Assembly: GCA_963751455.1 (NCBI GenBank) | Contig: CAVVUN010000002.1 | Coordinates: 192,001-256,000, forward strand | Direction: 5' to 3' | Length of the DNA stretch: 64,000 nt | Source of the DNA: Nitrospirota bacterium | GTDB lineage: Bacteria; Nitrospirota; UBA9217 | Shown: piece after piece, positions 59,943 through 64,000 of the stretch | Position numbering within the stretch: position 1 is the stretch's first letter | How the letters are laid out: each line of letters opens with the position of its first letter | Translations under genes and position numbers: made by a program | Notes under the pieces: generated by a model | What the model saw: the letters and a program-made list of their open reading frames with translations, nothing else | Databases searched by the model: none | What the model was told of the DNA's origin: nothing

Positions 59943-62518
59943 TTCACTTTTGGGCCAAGACAACTCCAGACGAGAAGCCGGGTCTTTCCGTTTACGACCA
60001 CATGGTGAATGTGGGTTATGTTGCACGTTGTATCGCCGAGATTTCACCAGAGCTTCTTGATCGGTTTCAGTTACAAGCAGCAGGCATCGGCAGCCTTGCC
60101 GCCCTCCATGACCTTGGAAAGATATCTCCGGGATTTCAGCGGAAGTGTGAACTTTGGCTTAAAGAAAACAATTTATCGGATACGGATAGTAGATATCGCT
60201 GGAACGTAATGGAAGCAGATCATGGAAAGATTTCTCAGGCGGCAATCCAAGATTTCCTCTTGAGTAAAGGCATATCGAGAGATTCGGCTTCCTATCTGGC
60301 GGCAGTCCTCGGTGCACATCATGGCCGGATAAAATGCCTCCCTAATCCACGCGGCATCAGACCGCCGTTGATAAAGCAAATCACGGAAAACAGCAGCGGC
60401 ATTGATTGGAATAATGAACGCCAAAAGTATGCAGAACAACTTTGGAACAAACTCAACGGCGAAAGCTCAGTTGATAGCATCACCGATGAATCTCCTTCCA
60501 TCTGGTGGCTAGCCGGTCTCACTTCTGTCGCCGATTGGATCGGGTCTGATGAGCGGTATTTCCCTCCAGAGCGAAGAACGGTGGATGTTGATGTCGCCTC
60601 ACTCGCCAAAAACGCGCTTAAATCTATTGGATTTCGGAAGACTGAATTCATCGACAAACTGTCTTTTCACGATTTATTCCATGATGCTAAGCAGCCCGAC
60701 ATTCGCTGGGTTCCGAACGAGATGCAGGATAAAGCACTCGCGATTATCGGCGGTCCCGGAGTGTATGTCATCGAAGCGCCGATGGGTATGGGCAAGACGG
60801 AAGCGGCGCTATGGGCCGCCTATAGCTTGCTCGTTTCAGGAAAGGCAACGGGCATCTATTTTGCTCTTCCCACTCAGGCAACGAGCAACCGGATGCACTT
60901 GCGGATGAAAGAGTTTGTACAGCGCATCTCCCGCACTTCCAATGAAACTCGCCTGATTCATGGTAATTCCTGGCTGATGGATCAAGAACCCGTTCTATCA
61001 CCAGACGCTACGAACCGTGATTCCGCTCGTGAGGATGCGAGGGCCGGCCGGGATTGGTTCGCTTCGGCAAAGCGCGCGCTGATCGCGCCATTTGGCGTCG
61101 GCACTATTGACCAGGCCTTGCTTGGTGTTGTGGCGGCAAAACATTTCTTCGTCCGACATTTCGCGCTCGCCGGGAAGGTCGTGATTCTTGATGAGGTGCA
61201 TTCTTATGACCTATACACGGGGACGCTGATCGACAGACTTATTATGACGCTTGAAGCGCTGGGCTGCACGGTAATTGTCCTGTCCGCCACCCTTTCAGGA
61301 AAACGACTTGGGCAGATTACCGAGGTTCCTGGAAGTGCCGCGGATAATGCTCAACTGCCTTATCCTCTTATTACCGGGCGACATGAAGGAACTGTTATTG
61401 AACCGGCAGCAGCAATACCGCCGGAGTCAAAAACCGTCAAAGTCGATTTCATCGCTGCGGAAAAAGCCGCTGAAGAGGCTATTGTGCTTGCGCGAAAAGG
61501 CGGAGCGGTTCTCTGGATTTGCAATACTATTACAGCGGCGCAGAACCAATACCGACGCTTCAAGGAGCAGACCCGTGAAGAATTCCCCATCGGTCTTTTA
61601 CATGCACGTTTCCCGTACTGGCAACGTGAAATCATCGAAAACGAGTGGATGGAGCGTTTTGGTAAAGACGGGACGACAAGATGCGGATCGATTCTTGTTT
61701 CCACTCAGGTCGTTGAGCAAAGCGTTGATCTTGACGCCGATCTTATGATTACAGAACTGGCGCCGACCGACATGCTTCTACAGCGCCTTGGGCGGCTCTG
61801 GCGACACGAACGGGGACCACGCTCGGCTAATACAGCACGTCTTTGCATTATTGAAGAAGAAAGTAGTCTTGCCGAGTTCCGAAATATGGAACCGAAGGCT
61901 ATCATGGCCGCTCTTGGTGGAAAAGGGCATGTATATGACCCGTTTGTTCTTTTGAGAACTCTTCAACTGTGGGCAAATTACCCGACGGTCGCTGTTCCTG
62001 AGCAGATACGCGAGTTGATCGAGGCGACATATAGTACCCGTGATGATAATCCGAAATCATGGGAGAAATTATTTGATGATCGATTTGTGCGGGATTCCAA
62101 TGAGCGGTTCAAGGCGGCTATGAACAGCAACTACTGGCAAGTCCAACTGCCTGATGAAGAGGGGGTTCAAACCCGCCTTAATGATGTGCCGACCGTTTCG
62201 CTGGTGCTTTGTCGAAGCATCAACGAGAAGAAGGCGACGTTTATCGACAATGCATCCGAACAACTCGGGGGTGATAAGTTCCGGCTCCCAACGGCTCAAG
62301 CAATTCACAGGAACCTCGTAAGAGTCCCGGATTATTGTTTCGAACGTGTTGAGCCGTGTCCCGCTTTTGACGACTACCTTTTCGGCGCTCAAAGCGTCGG
62401 AATTGTTGAGGACGATAATATCATTAAAGTAAAGGGGTTGAAAGAAGGTATCCGTTTTCACTATTCCAAGGATTTAGGACTTGTCATCGAAAAAGAAGAA
62501 GGAAAGGAGGAAGCATGA
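59939..62518 (+). CDS. cas3: CRISPR-associated HD nuclease/helicase Cas3
   Basis: FWAKT, LHDLGK, AHHG, ADWIGS, APMGMGKTE, DEVH, LSAT, TQVVEQSVD, QRLGRLWRH. Confidence 0.96.
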   Translation: MIHFWAKTTPDEKPGLSVYDHMVNVGYVARCIAEISPELLDRFQLQAAGIGSLAALHDLGKISPGFQRKCELWLKENNLSDTDSRYRWNVMEADHGKISQAAIQDFLLSKGISRDSASYLAAVLGAHHGRIKCLPNPRGIRPPLIKQITENSSGIDWNNERQKYAEQLWNKLNGESSVDSITDESPSIWWLAGLTSVADWIGSDERYFPPERRTVDVDVASLAKNALKSIGFRKTEFIDKLSFHDLFHDAKQPDIRWVPNEMQDKALAIIGGPGVYVIEAPMGMGKTEAALWAAYSLLVSGKATGIYFALPTQATSNRMHLRMKEFVQRISRTSNETRLIHGNSWLMDQEPVLSPDATNRDSAREDARAGRDWFASAKRALIAPFGVGTIDQALLGVVAAKHFFVRHFALAGKVVILDEVHSYDLYTGTLIDRLIMTLEALGCTVIVLSATLSGKRLGQITEVPGSAADNAQLPYPLITGRHEGTVIEPAAAIPPESKTVKVDFIAAEKAAEEAIVLARKGGAVLWICNTITAAQNQYRRFKEQTREEFPIGLLHARFPYWQREIIENEWMERFGKDGTTRCGSILVSTQVVEQSVDLDADLMITELAPTDMLLQRLGRLWRHERGPRSANTARLCIIEEESSLAEFRNMEPKAIMAALGGKGHVYDPFVLLRTLQLWANYPTVAVPEQIRELIEATYSTRDDNPKSWEKLFDDRFVRDSNERFKAAMNSNYWQVQLPDEEGVQTRLNDVPTVSLVLCRSINEKKATFIDNASEQLGGDKFRLPTAQAIHRNLVRVPDYCFERVEPCPAFDDYLFGAQSVGIVEDDNIIKVKGLKEGIRFHYSKDLGLVIEKEEGKEEA

Positions 62519-64000
62519 ACGTAGCATTTGACCCGTGGATACCGGTAGTAAATACAGCGGGAAAGCGAGAACTTGCAAGTCTGTCCGCAGTGCTGACCGG
62601 AGGCGAGAAATTCGTAGATCTGGCTGTGCGTCCTCATGAACGGGTGTCTTTGATGCGGCTCTTTCTCTGTGTCGCTCATGCGGCGCTCGACGGCCCGAAA
62701 AATTACGATGAGTGGTGCGAAGTGCCGAAAAAGCTGCCAGATGCAGTAAGAAAATACCTGGAGAAATGGAATGACGATGAGCATGACGTCTTCGAGTTGT
62801 TTCACAAGGATAAGCCATGGTTGCAGGTGAAGGGATTAAAATCAGTAAAAGAGAATGATGAAAAATCATTTACACCTCTGTCAAAACTGGATTTTTCATT
62901 GGCGAGTGGCTCAAATTCTACTCTGTTCGACCACGAAGGAGTTAATAATGCTGAAAGATCATTTGACCTTTCTCAACTTGTGCTCGGTTTGATTTCGCTT
63001 CAAAACTTTTCAACTTGCGGACTGTTATCCCGTCCACTATGGAATGGTAAGCCTACCCCTGACTCGGCAAAGGATGCGCCTTGCATAACGTCATCAATGT
63101 ATCATGTTTTTCTTATCGGCAAGAATATGCTGGATACGATTTGTATAAATATTTGCGACTTAACCGAGTTGTCGTTGCTTTTGAAGAGTTCGCATCAAAA
63201 TGGAGATTGGCTGGGTCGTCCTGTTTGGGAAAAGATGCCGGAGAATGATGCTGAAGCGCTGACTACTGGAACCTTCCTGGGGCGATTGACACCATTATCG
63301 AGAGCAATCCGTTTATTCGAAGGAAGTTCTAAAATGCTTTACGGCGAAGCTTTGAGATACAACGTCTATCCGGATTTCCCGCAAGAATTCAATACATCTG
63401 TCGCAATAAGGCATTCTAAGAAAAAGGAAGAAAGGTATTTGGTCGGGGCAAGGTTGGGCATTCAGCCATGGCGTCAATTGGACGCGATTCTTCAATATAA
63501 TCTGTCAGGAAAGACTGCCTCGCATGCAATAAATCTGAATCATTTGGATGGCGAGCCTATCGATATTTGGGTAGGCGCATTGGTAAGAAATCCGGGTAAG
63601 CAGGATATTCTCGACTCAGTTGAATCCAGATTCCACATTTCTAAACAATTTCGATCACCGGAAGGCTGCTCAATATATGCGGCCGAAGTACAAAAGGCAC
63701 AGGCCATATTGAAGTTGCTTGAAGTGGCAGTCTATGTGTATCGCATCAACCTTGACCCGAGAAACGAAACTGGCATTGGCTCAAATGCGATCAATATCTA
63801 CTGGACCACTGTAGAGAAGAATCTGCCGCTCCTGCTGAACCATATTGAAGCCATCGGCACACTTGACGCTGAACCCTCATGCAAGGTATGGCGGAAACTG
63901 CTTTACAACGCGGCACGCGAAGCATACCGTATTGCCTGCGGGCAGGAGACGCCAAGGCAGATACGTGCCTTTGCAAAAGGATGGGAGAAGTTAACGACAA
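62515..64000 (+). CDS. casA: Type I-E Cascade large subunit Cas8e/Cse1 (partial, runs off the window)
   Basis: ATGA overlap with cas3; MNVAFDPWIPV, FELF...PWLQ, SGSNSTLFDH, GRPVWE, FLGRLTP; no stop reported before the window end. Confidence 0.88.
   Translation, partial: MNVAFDPWIPVVNTAGKRELASLSAVLTGGEKFVDLAVRPHERVSLMRLFLCVAHAALDGPKNYDEWCEVPKKLPDAVRKYLEKWNDDEHDVFELFHKDKPWLQVKGLKSVKENDEKSFTPLSKLDFSLASGSNSTLFDHEGVNNAERSFDLSQLVLGLISLQNFSTCGLLSRPLWNGKPTPDSAKDAPCITSSMYHVFLIGKNMLDTICINICDLTELSLLLKSSHQNGDWLGRPVWEKMPENDAEALTTGTFLGRLTPLSRAIRLFEGSSKMLYGEALRYNVYPDFPQEFNTSVAIRHSKKKEERYLVGARLGIQPWRQLDAILQYNLSGKTASHAINLNHLDGEPIDIWVGALVRNPGKQDILDSVESRFHISKQFRSPEGCSIYAAEVQKAQAILKLLEVAVYVYRINLDPRNETGIGSNAINIYWTTVEKNLPLLLNHIEAIGTLDAEPSCKVWRKLLYNAAREAYRIACGQETPRQIRAFAKGWEKLTT

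Overview
Bacterial chromosomal window. The gene order ilvD-ilvB-ilvN-ilvC-psd-pssA-leuA-leuC-leuD-leuB-asd-asd, a decaheme cytochrome and abundant short-period palindromic repeats suggest a Nitrospirota- or Desulfobacterota-like anaerobe (inference). 1-20 kb is an accessory surface-glycan/adhesin region. It contains GmhA-like, oxidoreductase, cyclase and GT4 genes, an IS1380 with TTAA target duplication, a secreted collagen-like fibre protein and an internally deleted IS21 carrying a Zn-finger passenger gene. It also holds a reciprocally truncated [fibre-GT4-TA] duplication, two VapBC pairs, a HepT remnant and two convergent TMTC-like TPR membrane glycosyltransferases. 20-57 kb is mostly housekeeping (rluB, acyP, tsaB, rimI, ilv/leu/asd, suhB, pyrFE, gmhB, M1-M28-PDZ peptidase), with a small AT-rich islet (wHTH + DinD-like) and a divergent XRE pair. 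57-64 kb is the start of a type I-E CRISPR-Cas locus: WYL, DUF3800, DEDDh exonuclease, cas3 and cas8e (cut by the window end; no array visible). The best candidate for an uncharacterised system is the DUF3800 gene plus a convergent, self-contained ~70-nt structured RNA (consensus sigma70 promoter, long stem, U-tract) inserted between the WYL regulator and the cas operon. Single-base frameshifts in the cyclase, rluB and DUF3800 genes may be assembly errors. All family calls come from motif recognition by eye; no database search was run.
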